DNA of 64,000 nucleotides, from the NCBI GenBank assembly GCA_002633005.1, contig NMRA01000551.1, forward strand, positions 140,809 through 204,808. The letters are read 5' to 3'. This document shows positions 50,511 through 64,000 of the stretch, piece by piece; position 1 is the stretch's first letter; each line of letters starts with the position of its first letter. The translations under genes were made by a program, and so were the position numbers. The notes under the pieces are model-generated. The model worked only from the letters and a program-made list of their open reading frames with translations, had not been told where the DNA came from and did no database searches. The DNA is from Phoronis australis (taxonomy: Eukaryota; Animalia; Phoronida).

Positions 50511-51716
50511 ACTAGCACTTTTGGAGCCAGACAACTTGCTTCAGCAGATACACTTTCGCACTGGATGAGCACTCGACTTGCTTATTGTTGGTTTAACCAA
50601 TCCAGTGTTCTCAACAGGATTTAAGTTGAGTGCGGTTTTGGTTGCAATTTTTTGTCACTTATTAGATGATAGGCAATTTTAAATAAAAATGGCAAGATTC
50701 AAACTGCATTAGGCACTAGACTGAAGTCAGTGACAGTAACGACTCATCACTCTGCTCGTTGGGACAACTAAAACACCATGTAGTCATGGTTGATATGTTA
50801 ACCAGTCAAAAATGAAGCATGGTGGCTCAAAATTTGAGCATGGTGGCTCACAACACTCAAGCAGTCTGGTGAAAAGGCAGTTCATTGTTGAAAGTAAACA
50901 TGCTTTGACATCAAGTTTCACTTTAAAAGGGATTCAATAGGTGAGGAAATGAACTAACTGCTGATAAAAAATGACCCCAACATAGACAGGCATCTGTCTG
51001 GCTAAAATACTGGTGTTCTTCATCACTGAAAAACAGCTAGCATTTTCCCAACCAAGTATTACCATGTTAGCCATTATGTGAACGAGGTATTACTGAGACA
51101 GGCTCATTGAAACCCCCCTGGTAGCAGACAGATCCATGGAATGTCTAAAAAACACTTTGTTAAGTTCAACATACATCTAATCTACACGTGAATCAGCACA
51201 TAGAGTATTCAAGAGGCAAAAAATCTTTGACATAAAACAAATTGGAACAGAGGCAATGTCTATATATTAGGATCTAACAAGATCTAATACGAAAGCATGT
51301 TGCCATGGTAACTAATCAAGAAGTGTTGAGGAGATTTGCACAAATTGCATAAAACTCTGGCAAAGAACATGGAAAGTGTTGCCGTAGAGTTCAAAAGTTC
51401 ACTGACACTTTTACTGTAGCCTTTGCCAAAGGTTCCAAGTTCCATTAAATTTCACTCAGGTCTATCCCAGACTACTAAAAGTGAGACCTGGCTATAAGAC
51501 AGACATACAGCTAAAATCCATACTTGGGCCTATCACACACAGCTAAAATCTTAATAAACAGTTCAATTTTCTTTATCAATGTAGACTGACATGTGTGGTG
51601 TAGAAAAAGGCTCCCTCAATCATTACAATATGGCTTCATAGATGATTTTCCATTACACATGCTTTGGACATTTAGCTCTTGTTGATAAAAGGTGTTAGCT
51701 TATGATCTGACTACAG

Positions 51717-51773
<57 letters not shown>

Positions 51774-51821
51774 TCATCAATCAATCGATCAATCAATCAA
51801 TTCATCAATCAATCCATCAAT
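51717..51821. repeat. (AATC)n microsatellite
   Basis: caatcaatc... run. Confidence 0.97.
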
Positions 51822-52310
51822 GGTTTGTTTGTGACCTGGAGAAATTGCTACTCAGCCACACTTCTTATTAAGATGCAATTTCCAAGAAAATCCAATTCTT
51901 GTAAAATGCATTGCACGCATAATTCTTCACCAATGTACTACAGTATGGCAACACATGGAATTTCATTTTGTCCACTTTCTCAAGAATTATGAAAATTAGA
52001 AAAATACCATTTTGTGAATACAACAATATGTACTATATAGCTACCATAAAACAACTGCGACTCAATTTTCAACTATTGCTAGGATTGCTGCAAGCCTCTG
52101 AACAACTAAAAAATGACTATTTTTGTAATTATTTTTGTGTGAAATAATCTTAGAATTACAGTAAAAACTAGTTAGTGCAAACTGTAGCTTTGCAAGCAGC
52201 GATATCACAAGTGACATAGTGAGTGACATGTGAACTTGTTCATAATTCGTGTTTAGGTGGCGAGTTTAGTTTTGTATGACCGGTGCTCTTTATCACACAC
52301 ACCCCAAAAA

Positions 52311-52507
52311 GCATGTTGCAGTGGACAGTGCTTTCACTTGTGGCATGTTGCAGTGGACAGTGCTTTCACTTGTGGCATGTTGCAGTGGACAGTGCTTTCA
52401 CTTGTGGCATGTTGCAGTGGACAGTGCTTTCACTTGTGGTATGTTGCAGTGGACAGTGCTTTCACTTGTGGTATGTTGCAGTGGACAGTGCTTTCACTTC
52501 TGGTATG
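52311..52507. repeat. 32-bp minisatellite x6
   Basis: gcatgttgcagtggacagtgctttcacttgtg. Confidence 0.95.
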
Positions 52508-54517
52508 CTCAAGTGTGTAATGTTGTTTACCATTATCTTATTTGCACATCAACCCGACTTTTCCTGCAGAAAAAAACTATAGCAGCACAGCTCAATGAGG
52601 AAGTTTTGCAGCAGGCAAGATCTTCCAAACTGAGTCTAAACACTGACTGGTGTCAACACAGACCGTTTTCTTAACAAAAATAACTTTTCAGGAAAATTCA
52701 TTGCTTTGAGCCTAAGTTTGTATGGCACAAATTTTACCAAACAACATTAGGTAAAAGTTTTAAGCATTTACAACAATGTGGTAAGCCTCTGAAAGATAGA
52801 AATACGGCAATTTTAATGATTATTTTTGTCCCAAATTGAACAATTCTGTAAATGAAGAACCTATCATCTTAGCCATGTTTCCAAACTGTATGTGTGCAAA
52901 CTGGAGTTTGATCAAGTGTGAAAATAATGTTTGTGAAAAGCCTTGCCTGAATAGATCATGTCTGGTCGTTATTCATCAAATTATATAATCAGATTTCAAG
53001 ACACGGAATTCTCACCGAGTCAAATTTCATTGGTGAGTCCAAATCAGAACACTTACAATAACTTTTTAATTTTAATAATGGCTATACAGAACTCTTCAGA
53101 TTTACGCTTAAGTTCAGCTTAACGTCCTCAGTCCCTCAGGTGTTCCAAATTTTTAACACCTATACTCAGATTAGTGTCTTCACCAAATTTCTATGAACAA
53201 GACTTCCTTAGAAGAGCTCACCTCACAACACTTTAATATACACAACTCTCATGACTTTGCATAACAAACAGTTAATTTCAACAGCATTTTGCCACATTCT
53301 AGTGTCGGTTGTCACTCACCTGAAAACAACATGAAATAGCTCTTTTGGCTCATACGAATTCTAATTTTACTGTACTTGTGTGTAAAAAGTGACAAAGGCA
53401 TTTGTGTGAGCGAATTCAGTATTCATGTAAACATCCGTTACTAATTGCGAAACATTCTATTCTTTTATAACGCCCACCCGGTCCGATTAACGCCCACCCC
53501 AATTTTTTAATTGCCTTATTTAAGCACAACGCGTATGCGTATACTGAACACAATCCATGTGTGACTTCTAGCACGCAGAATTGTACGTACGCATCATGCT
53601 CAAGTAAATCTTTGAAATGTCTGCGAAATCAATCGACTAAAATCACGAAGAAGGCTGAAGGTAAAAATAGAGCCAATCACTGCAACAAGACAGAAAAAAA
53701 AACAGACTCAATCAATTTATTGAACCTTGGGGCTTTGAGGCTTCTTTCTACTCCAGACATGAGAATTTGTTTTAATAGCATAGAACAGTTGTCTCCACTA
53801 ATAAATACCACAAACCTAGACCATTCAGGTAACAAGTTCTATTCCACTTGTCCAGATACTCCTGCACATTTACATTAGCTTCACAAGTCTTGTGAAATGC
53901 TGGTAGTTTTTCAGAGCCCTATCAAGTTATAGATTGTGTCTTCAGATTAGCCAACACAAATAGGTAATTTTTTGCTAGTACACCTCCATTTTGGTTGGCA
54001 TGAATTAATATCCTGGTGATAAATGGTCACCGTTCAACAAAAAGAAATCGTATAAGTTATCACGATTGAGGATGAGGCTTGCATGAAGAATCATGCCAAC
54101 CATGAATGTGAATTCTCATCAACCATATACATCACTTCATACCATTGATAGGAATGGTTGATGGGAATACATACAAAATGTATATACAAAATGTATGTAC
54201 AAAATGTATGCGATAAATTTGTTTTGTTCCTTTTCAAGGGAGAATTGACATCTAAGCACATTCACTCTCTGCACTAAACACATCAATTCAATGATCACAA
54301 TGGCACTCTTCTCAGGTGCCCTTTATTGTAACTCAAATCTCAGCTCTCAAACTTGACAATATAGCACCACCTGAAGGTTGCCTTGTAATGGTTCACTAAC
54401 TGGCCTTTCTTGTTACCAGCAAAAGTGCTAATGGAAACGCTGGCGTTTCAGCCCACATCAATGATTACAGGAAAACAGAAAACGGTTGTCCTGAAATCTT
54501 TTAGACCAATGCTAAAA

Positions 54518-54937
54518 GGCCTTTTCATACTGACTTGCCTCCTGTATGAGCGCAGCGTCGACATAAACTGTGAATTTCTACCGGCTTTGGTATTTAATGT
54601 ACATCGAAGTAAACGACATGTGATGCTACTGTCATCGAAGTAATCGTAAGGTAGCACTGATGCATGGCGTGTACATTAAGATTTCTTAGTGGGACATCTT
54701 AGGAACATTTACATGTGCTAATTGACATATAACTTACTTCTAATTAGATTGGTGTTCATTCAAGCAGAATATAAGCAACTATTATTGACGACACTGCCCT
54801 TGAATTGTTGAAGCTAACAGTGGCCCCTGGCGATAACTTCGATGGGTCCGAAGTTGACCGTTCATACTGCAAAGCAGTGTCGACACTCTGCTGTTAAATC
54901 CACCTGTTTGCTGTGGAGTTAACTGGTGCTGTTAATT
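54518..54937. mobile_element. Second, inverted and truncated copy of the 4599-5092 MITE family
   Basis: ggccttttcatactgactt...gtcgacataaactg...aagttgaccgttcatactgc...gttaactggtgctgttaa is the reverse complement of the 4680-5092 segment. Confidence 0.7.
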
Positions 54938-55611
54938 TTCTTATTTTTCTAATTAAAGCGTTCAACAGGTTTACTTGTTTCTGCCTAGCTAACACAGGAA
55001 AAACAATTAGTTGGGCTCTTAAAGCTTCAATGTTTGCTAGAAAAGATCCTTGCTCAAGACATAACCCAACTGTAACAACAGGGTAGTCCAAAACGTTTCA
55101 CAAAGATACCAAACACCTGTCCAACCAAATGCCCTTCTGACTGACAGCTAGCATAGCTCAACATGCCTGTGTCATCATATTATACCATTCCCTGGGGTGA
55201 CAACTGCAAGGGTTCTGTGACAAACAACACTTTCCTCAGTTGGGATGACTCATCTGAACACACTGGGAGTCCAGAGTATCACATAGCACATAATCCCAAA
55301 GTCAATCAAAAACACAATAGGACATCAGATGGCAATTTCCCCTGACCCGGTTTTTTTGGGTTAGCATTAGTGTGTTAGCAGTTACCAGTGTACTATGAAG
55401 AGACAACTGTGTAGTAGTTCAGATTACAAAGTTATATCCAGAAACAAGACCCAGCTATTTCCTCCGCACTATTTTTTGTAAAGCAGTTATAAACCAAATT
55501 CTAGTGTAAAAATATCAACTTTCCAAAGTGGAGTATATGCATCGCATTCTTATTCTTTACTTGAATTGAAACTGGTTACTATAAATCACCAGCAATTCCC
55601 CATTGACATCT

Positions 55612-55850
55612 AAAGAGACCCACTGGACTCAACTCACCCCTGATAAGTAAGTTAATGACCTTGGTTCAGAAGGGACCCACTGAACCGAACCCAATCCACA
55701 CCTGATAAGTAAATTAAAGACCCTTGTTCTGAAGGGACCCACTGAACACAACCCACCCCTAATAAGTAAATTAAAGATCCCCAGGTTCTGAAGGGACACA
55801 CTGAACCCAACCCACCCCTGATAAGTAACTTAATGACCCTGGTTCTGAAG
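55612..55850. repeat. ~60-bp minisatellite x4
   Basis: aagggacccactgaacccaacccacccctgataagtaa.ttaa.gaccc.ggttctg. Confidence 0.9.
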
Positions 55851-58800
55851 CAATAATGACTTGACAGTTGTTCTCAAGCAGCGCTCTATTTGCTGACATC
55901 AGATTGTGCTTGGCTCGCCACTGTCAGTATCAAAGTCGTATAGTATTTCCTTCTAAATTCGTTTCAAGGTTAGTGTTGACTTCAAACTTGAAATTACTAG
56001 CAGCTTTCTTAGATATATTACCTTTGATTCATAATTATTCTGTTTATTTCGTGAATTCAATGCATTTGGCACCACATTTAAATAACAACAGGTAAACAGA
56101 CAGAAATCGGAATTGTTCGGCAAAAATCAGATCTGCGAAATTTGCGCTACCAGGCCATGCAGTCGTCTGCATCCTATGCTCGTCCGTGGGAGGAATGGAG
56201 GAAAAACCGAGTTAGAGTCTGAAAGACTGAATGTATGTGTATTTATGGGACTGGGGATGGGTGCCGTTACAACCGTGCGACCTTTTTTGGTAACCTAAGC
56301 TGTTGGTATCGGTAATTTTGTTTTCAGTTTTGGCGACCTCAGATTTCACTTGGTGACCTGGTATTTTTGCCAAAATATGAGAAAGGAAAAAGACCGATTT
56401 TGTGAGAGTAAAGGCCTGAATCAAACGTTGTTTTTTGCCAGAAGACCATGCCCTTTAAACATAAATAGCACTTCTACATTGACTGTTTTTAAAAACATAA
56501 GTTTTAACTATCAAAGTTCCTAAAACTGTCAAAACTAACATGAGGATGGTCTTTAAACAAAACTCCAATGGGAATATGAAATTCTCATATAAATTAAAAG
56601 TTTAATAATGCTGTTTCATTTGTTCAAATTTAAAACACAGGATGACTTTCAGCAATGGAAAGCATTTCATGGATTAAAGCAAGCTTGTACTTGTGGCTTT
56701 TATCATGAATTGTACTAAGCTTTACACAAGATGTTTGGTGTCATTCATATTTGACGTGAACAGCAACTTTACAGGGTCCGAGAATACAGGAACAATTCTA
56801 TGCTGAAGGGTTAAAACATCACCCCTCTTGCCAAAATATACGTCTCACCATTTTTAGTGGGTCAATTCACGTTTTGTGAAATAGCCGTGTTAGTTTAACA
56901 CTAATGTGTGTTTCAAAGTTGCCGTCACTGTGTTAAATAGGTGTGTAACACTAACAGTGATGTTATGCCGGTGTGACAACAGCACTACCCCTGGTGTCAA
57001 CCATTCTGGGCTTGAAAGGTGTAGCTAGTCCTCACCCACAATGGGCCTTTTGAAATTAATATGCAAGGCCAGTGGAAGAAGTTCTTCGTGAACTCTACGC
57101 TAAGTCATACAACTGTCGCAGTTGGCCTGTGAAAGTTAACACAGCTTAACAAAGGTGGTGCTGCCTGAGACGATAATTGTTTTACTGCCACCATAGGTTT
57201 TTAATAGTACAGCCCGAAATGAATTCAACAGATGAAAAAAAATTCTTTTTAAGATAACACGTATACAAGTAAAAATTGAAAGGTGATGCCATGACAGTAT
57301 CATAATGTGAAAATATTCAGTTTTATGAATAGTTTAGTCAACAATTTTGGTCATAACACGTACCCATTGGGTTTAAAAAAGAGCAGTTCATTTGATGTTA
57401 GTGCAGCGTTAGCATAGTATTAGTAATAAAAGTGTTGTTTACCCCATCGTTTGTAGCACGGAAGATGGAAAATAAAGTTCACAACATACAACTAAAAGGA
57501 AAGTTATCAAAATTTGTAACGGGTGGGTAAAAAGATACACCAATGTTACACCAGTGTATTCTACAAGGGTCAAATTTAACTTTTAAGAGAGGCTCATTCT
57601 GCACAATAATAGATAAAATTCGACCTCTTTCACAGAATTAGCAGTTTCAAGAGGAATTCGCATGTTTCAGTCATAGAATTAATAATAATTGGATTATAAT
57701 TACCAAAAGTTAAGAATAACAAATCGTTGATTGATCATGATAAAGTAGTTGTTCATTCTTTCAGTAGGTGGCACTGTTCTTCTTCCGGTTTGGACAAACA
57801 GTAAACACGATGTGCAACAAGATATAGTTAAAATGGAGCTGCCACATAATTCAAGACAACAGCAGAGCACTTTCCTCGTCATTTATCGCTTGGAAAGAGT
57901 AAAACGGATTTATAATTTACGAAATGGAAAACAAAGCGGAATTAGATGTTTGCTGACAGATATATTTGGAAAAGGTAGGAGTTTCAGTGGTAAAATTTCC
58001 ATAGACTGAAATTTCTGTTACAGGAAAAACAGCATGGGAACCAGATCTTATATATCAACCCCAAGAAATCTAGCAATGTTCCGAACTGATCTGAATGAAA
58101 AGTTATGCTAAACTGACATGAACTCCATAATATTATGGCTGCAGCATTGCTGTAATATAAATAGTTGATACTATAATCATAAAAAATGGCCAAGCAATGT
58201 TTTTTTCACCTTTCATGTTTGAGAGATATTTCCCAGAGTGAAACCTAAGTCATTGAAGATAAACAATATAATTAAAGACTTCCTGACCCCTTCCATACCA
58301 TGCTTGAACATCAGAGGTCCTAAAGCAACCAGTTCTTCATGCAGAACAGTAATGTCAAGCTAAGGGCTCCAATGAAACATAAACTGTCTTTAATGGAAGG
58401 TACCTACAACAAGAGTGACTCCCACTACAACTTGAAGCTAAAACTTTCCACTCCAGGTTCCCGTCTCGCTTAAAACTCGTCCTCACTCTATGTTCACAGA
58501 TGGCAAAGTGGACTTACAAGTTGGACAGCTGTCATGGTACAGAATCCCAGAGAACAACTGTTCAGACAACCGCAATGTAAACAGGCAATGTTTGATGGAA
58601 GAATGGGTAATGAGAGATAATTAATTACCCAGCTGATAATTAGACAAGGCCAGCACTGCACTGAGATGAGATGATTGCTAGAACAATTTGATTCTCACAA
58701 CACTATAATTCAATCAATTACACCACAGTTATACTTGAACAAGTTAAGCTGCGCATGAACACAACCTCAGTCATTCTAGCATGAACTACAAACATTGACC

Positions 58801-59803
58801 AACAAATGTCAAGTAACATTGGCAAAAGGATCATACAGTGTTAAGATGAGGAACAAAGAGAAAGACAAAAGTAGCACCACTCATGAGTGAGTAAAAAAGT
58901 TTAAGTGAAGCTAAGTGAGTTTCTTTTAAGGATTGAAAATAAATGAATGATTGCACTACAAAAATTTTAAAACATAGATATCACAGACAAAAGAGCCCCG
59001 GGTGGAAACTATGTGCTGATACTGCAAATCATTATTTTTTCGCGCAAAAGATTTGCCAAAATGACATTTTTCTAGTTTTAAAAGGCTGGTTACATTGTAG
59101 CAAATAATGAAAAATTTACCAAATGTTTTTATTTGACATCTCAGCATTAAAATGCACACTAATAACAGAAAAAATTCTTCTCAATCTTTATTTTAGTTGA
59201 GAAAGTTGACAAAATGAAATTTCATTAGCCCACCATGTTGTGTTCCAAATAGGAACAGAATCACCGGATTTGAAGATTGTATGGAGCACCACTAGCTAGA
59301 GTGAGAGCAAACCGCATTAGACTCTTAAAAGGCCTTCAATCTCCTTGATCAAATTGTAGTAACGTTGGAATTGATAAGAAAATATTTTACAGTTTACCGA
59401 AACGACCATTTCAATTTTTATAATTTAATAAAAAATTTCAGTTCTGCCTACTGCTCAAACATACCATTTCCAACATGCCAAAATAACACCAGGATAATGC
59501 AGATCAAGTACTTGGACATATGTACGGAAAGCCAAAATGGAAAAGTTACAAAATGCTTTTTTCTATGCAAGAAATAAAATAAAGTCCAAAATGTAAAAAA
59601 ATGGTCAGAAATACAAAAATATTGTGTACTATGCCAGGACCAAATTATGAGGCAGCAAAAATTTATTCATGCCAGGAGCAGGTCAGTTCTCTGAATGAGA
59701 GGACATGGATATCAATATTACACAAGGGCTTCATGTTGAGTAAATGCAAACCTCTATGTATATTTTGTTGAAATGTGGATGACTGGCTATTGTAGACACC
59801 ACG

Positions 59804-60230
59804 GGTCAGTTGCATGAAACAGTCCCAAACATATACTAAATTAAGTTCCCAAAATCTGCAGCGTATTCGTGGGCTTGTGAAAACACTGATTGTCTTTTCT
59901 TATACTGTTTGAGTCTCATTACTAGGTCATTTTGTTACTTTGATACAAAACCGAAGGTAAACTCTACATTAAATTCTCAATATTATTGAAAATAAGTGAT
60001 CTTTTCATGCAACGCCCCTAATTTAAGGACTACGAACCTAATTATTTTAATTGAATTCAGGGCTCGGATTTCAGTTATACTATTAGAAAATGTCATTAGT
60101 CAAAGAAGAGCTCATCATTATGATAAAATGATAGAAAAATACTACGCCTCTGAGTAGAGAACGAAAAAATATGCAAAAGATTTAGGGAACTTAGTTGAGT
60201 CCCTATTTGAGACTGTTTCATGCAACCTGT
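59804..60230. mobile_element. MITE with ~50-bp imperfect TIRs (Harbinger-like)
   Basis: gttgcatgaaacagtcccaaa..taagttccc.aaatct / agatttagggaactta..tttgagactgtttcatgcaac. Confidence 0.65.
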
Positions 60231-61195
60231 CACAGATCCTTGAGATCGGCACTCAATCCTTCCTCATCTGGCTCTGTTAGCTTACTGTTAGTGAATGACA
60301 TTTTTGTGGTCATGTGCTCTACATGAGAATTTTTTTTCTACAATGTTTTTATTTTGTCGTGGTCACATTTTTATTGATATGTTTAAAAATCTGCGGCCGC
60401 ATATTTTTTTCTGTACCACAATTTATTGATTTAAGTGATATTGTTTGTTATTTTATGTATAAGACAAAAGGGAAAAACAAAATCCTACTGAATTTATTTA
60501 TCTCCCCATAATTGAAAATTCCTGTTTTGTGCATTAATTACCAAATAATTTTTTTTTAAGTTATTTCCGTTTTGCCTTTCCATCCACATGAGGTATACTT
60601 AAATACAATTCAAAGACACAGAAGAATCCCTGGTTCAACCCCAGGAATCCACATGCAATAGTCAGTATCATAATACCTAACAATTTCAGCAACAGGTGGT
60701 GCTCATCTGTGACCCTGATGACATCACATTGCCAATTGTGGATGTTAATGATGGACAATGCTATTTGTTTAACACTGCTGTCAACAATGTTAGCAGAAAA
60801 AGAAAGGAGAAATGCATGTTCAAATAAACACAGGAAACGAATGGATTGCACATGCAGTCTCATGGCTCAATTCAAGCCAGAGGTGCAGCACTCCAGCAAG
60901 ACTTCACTTGGATCCTGTTCTTTGACTAAAGAATTTGAAATCCCTTGATGATAACTGATCCAGTGTGGTCTAACTAAGCAGGCTGACGTAAGCGAGTAAA
61001 CACTAGAAAAACAATGGAAAAAACTAAGTATCAGTAGAAAATTGGCCTCACTCACATGGGCGTCAGACATTCGGCATGTTTAGGGGGCTTTATTTCAGTA
61101 GACATACATGTGCAAATATGCTATCACTCATATTTTCAGCTGTTGACACTCAGATTTCGAGAATTATCACAAAAAAATAACAGGCGAAAGAAGCT

Positions 61196-61374
61196 AATTG
61201 ACCTGTCGCAAACTCCGCCCCCTTGTGTAATGTCAGCTAACCAACAATAAGTTTTACCCGGCAACGTGTTGTTTGTCAGGTAAAATGGCGGCTTGGAAAT
61301 GAAGGTGTGTCAAGAATGCTGCGTTCTGATTGGTCCATTAAGCAGTCACTTAAAATCCTGGCGACAGGTCAATT
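61196..61374. mobile_element. MITE with 14-bp TIRs; decayed copy at ~32334-32497 inside POMGNT1 intron
   Basis: AATTGACCTGTCGC / GCGACAGGTCAATT; shared gttgtttgtc.ggtaaaatgg.ggcttggaaa..gaaggtgtgtcaagaatg..ttctgattggtc. Confidence 0.75.
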
Positions 61375-62384
61375 CCTGCATGACAATCAAAACATAGCAA
61401 AAACTCAATAAGTTGGTAACAATAACACATATGCTACTCAGCCTTAATTTTGTGACATTTTTAACACTGAGGCATGACATTCCCCTAAACACTATAAGTG
61501 GGTTGCTCAGGATTGATGATAATTATGATCCCAGCTTCAGAGCGCCTACAGAGAAGCTAAACAAAGACATGGCCATACTAGAAGACTAAGGCAGGTAAAC
61601 CAGGATGTTTAGACTGGTACAAGTTAATCAAATTAGCAAAAGGTGTTACATTAACAAAGTTTGAGACTGCTCTGCAGCCAAGTTAAGAAGTTCAGATATT
61701 TATAGTGTTCACTGCATGTTTGGTCTCTATAACCAAAAATACATTTGCTGAGGGAGCATTCAACTTTGATGATGGACAATTGACCAACCTTACCTGACTG
61801 ATAAAAAACTGAGATCAAGTCGACAGTTCAGTTGCCTTAAGTACCTCTTTCTCCTGGGCAACTAGCTGCGTACAATTGTCTCAAACGTCCACAAGATAAA
61901 ATGACATGAAATGACACTCACTGAGGCCCTGAATACAACATGTGAGGTGGTCATTTGTATCCCATCATCGTGAATTACATATATCTCCTGACTTGTTTAG
62001 TTTCAACTCCAGAGGGCAGTGGTTTCCAAATTCAGATATCAATTCAGACCATTGTTTAGCGTTTTGTCTTATATCATGACTCGCAAATTATCTCCCATGA
62101 TGGAACACATCCGGGGTGCAACACATCCATCCCCAGTGAGATGCTGGTCAACATATTGAATCCAAATACATTGTTTTTGCCCAATTTTTTCCAGTTAAAC
62201 TAGTTTCAGTAAACTGACATTGCCATTCATTTTGTCATTTCATTTCTATAAAGCCATTGCTAATGTGGTAATTGCCCTGTTCAACACATAAGGAACTTAG
62301 ATCAGCATTATTATATTAGGAGAATTGATGACGCCAATTCTTGTGCAACTTTTTTAATGATCGAGGTACAAGGTGCCTTGAAAA

Positions 62385-62740
62385 GTGTCACGTTTCTTAT
62401 GGTCCAACGAAGAGCAATCTGCATTACGTCAAATAACAAAGCTAAGCCTCTCAGTCAAAATAATTTGGCATGTCAGGAACTTGTCTTGGTTGTGGTCCCC
62501 AACAGATTTAAGTAGCGATATCTCTGTGGCACTTGTCATACACAGCAGAGACTGTTGTGTTAAGAGAACCAATATATCAACACACAGCAGTAGTGCCCTC
62601 CCACCTGGACAAAGGTCATTCTATGACCCTCATCAACATATCTGCGATGTTAGAAACAGTCCACAGTCAAATCAACCAGGCTTCAGTTTTTCAGGGCCTC
62701 CATAAATTAGCCATAGGGGTTATTCAGTACTCTTGAAAGA
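62385..62740 (+). pseudogene. Heavily decayed L2/CR1-clade LINE reverse-transcriptase fragment
   Basis: Across frames: LRQITKLSLSVKII (~YRPISNLSFLSKI), TAETVVLR (~STETALLR), SHLDKGHSMTLINISAMLETVHSQI (~LDKG..LDLSAAFDTVDH.I), GFSFSG. Confidence 0.45.
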
Positions 62741-64000
62741 TCTCTTCATTAAGCAAAATACGTGTGCACAAGTTTGAGGCTTGTAAGACTGTAATAATGA
62801 TGGCATGTAAAATCATGTCATTTTTTGTATCATTGTTATATTAATGATAGCACTTAATTCTCGTCCATTTAAGGATTTGGGGATAATTTAGCTGGACAAT
62901 GGTATTAACACATACCCTCTGCCTAGGATCTATCACAATAGTTACGTAAGAATTAGCAAACGTATTTAAAACTCATCAGGAGAAAGTTCATCACGAAATG
63001 TGATTGCAAACATTATTTAAATGGCTAACTCAATCAGAGAGCCAGACCATCAATACCTAAAAGACCGAAAACATGCCAAGATCGAAGAGATCAGACAAAG
63101 ACCAAAAACCAAGGTGATAGATGTTTTAGTACAGGCATTGGTCTCAGCCTCTGAGTCAATTTGTACCAGCTAGTATGCTAGTCAGTTTAATGTGAATGGT
63201 CGCAAAATCATATCACCAAAAACGTGGGTTTTGCTCAGGAATGTTGACCTTCCCAAGAAATTAAGCAGGCTACTTGGGACAGTCTACCTTGATGCAATTG
63301 CACAACAGTAATCAACAGTAAGTGAATGCACTTTAAAAGCAATATAAACTAACTGCTGGCAAAAATTATCCCAAAGTGGACAGGACGTCCTTCTCCAGGG
63401 AAAATGTTAGCTTCAACACGTGTGTGATTCTATTAAAAGCGAAAAAAATGCACTTGTCAATAACAAAAATCAAAAGTGCACAACAACTGTCCATTGTACT
63501 AGTGAGCTTTAACCGTAAGCATCACAAAAATTGAGCTGTCACTATTATCCCAGCTTTAAGTACAAACATGATCAGCTCTTGACCAAAGATTCAGGTCAAA
63601 ACTTGGTAAATGTTGCTGTATTGATTAACACTCTAGGCAACTATTTCACTAGTGAATAAATTAACACACAAAACACACATATCGAACCCTATGCAGTTTA
63701 TTCCAGCTAATCACAACTGATATATTTTATTTCAGGTGCCTGTCCCTTAACAACACTGCATTTAAAACTGCTTTTCCTAAGTATTTAGCGGCCAAAAATG
63801 AAAATGACAACAAGAAATCCAAGCTAGACGGGAGTTGCAAAATTCATGTAGAATGGTGCATGACAAACAAAGAGAAACACAAACACCACACGGTTAGTGC
63901 CAACCTTATGCATGAGTATGCACAGTGATTAGATGGAAACATTTACTGTTACTGTTGGAAGGAAGACGACGGTTATGAAGATGAACCGAGACCCTATCAA

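Noticed and set aside
49896-50534. 212-aa ORF, the longest in the track
   Set aside because: Its length comes from a 27-bp stop-free repeat and a duplicated flank across an N.
52311-52507. Regular 32-bp repeats (also 6075, 22048, 40240, 50160, 55612) as a CRISPR array
   Set aside because: Head-to-tail units without unique spacers, no cas genes, eukaryotic intron context. These are ordinary minisatellites.
1-64000. tRNA, rRNA or snRNA genes
   Set aside because: None recognised by eye. A tRNAscan-SE/Infernal scan would be needed to exclude small intronic RNAs.

Overview
This is eukaryotic (animal) genomic DNA: AT-rich, intron-rich and full of repeats. The gene and repeat content would fit a marine invertebrate deuterostome, but that is inference only. 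The single confidently identifiable protein-coding gene is a minus-strand POMGNT1 orthologue (protein O-mannose beta-1,2-N-acetylglucosaminyltransferase 1). I reconstructed it by hand as 19 coding exons from 32781 to 13149 (1896 nt, 631 aa plus stop). All introns are GT-AG and all phases are compatible. The remainder is intron, UTR or intergenic sequence. It holds Helentron/HINE-like elements with internal ~148-bp repeat arrays, several MITE families (P-like, Harbinger-like, Kolobok-like), Penelope-like inverted repeats with hammerhead-ribozyme-like cores, a decayed L2/CR1-type RT fragment and many minisatellites. Several duplications sit at single-N junctions and look like assembly artefacts. 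The most notable observations are: (1) two inverted copies of one MITE bracketing a 495-nt, frame-symmetric five-exon block (circRNA or skipping candidate); (2) a Kozak-context start-stop uORF in the POMGNT1 leader; (3) a candidate recursive splice site; (4) hammerhead-bearing palindromes; (5) arrays of CTCF-like motifs carried by repeats. No prokaryote-type system (CRISPR, operon etc.) is supported.
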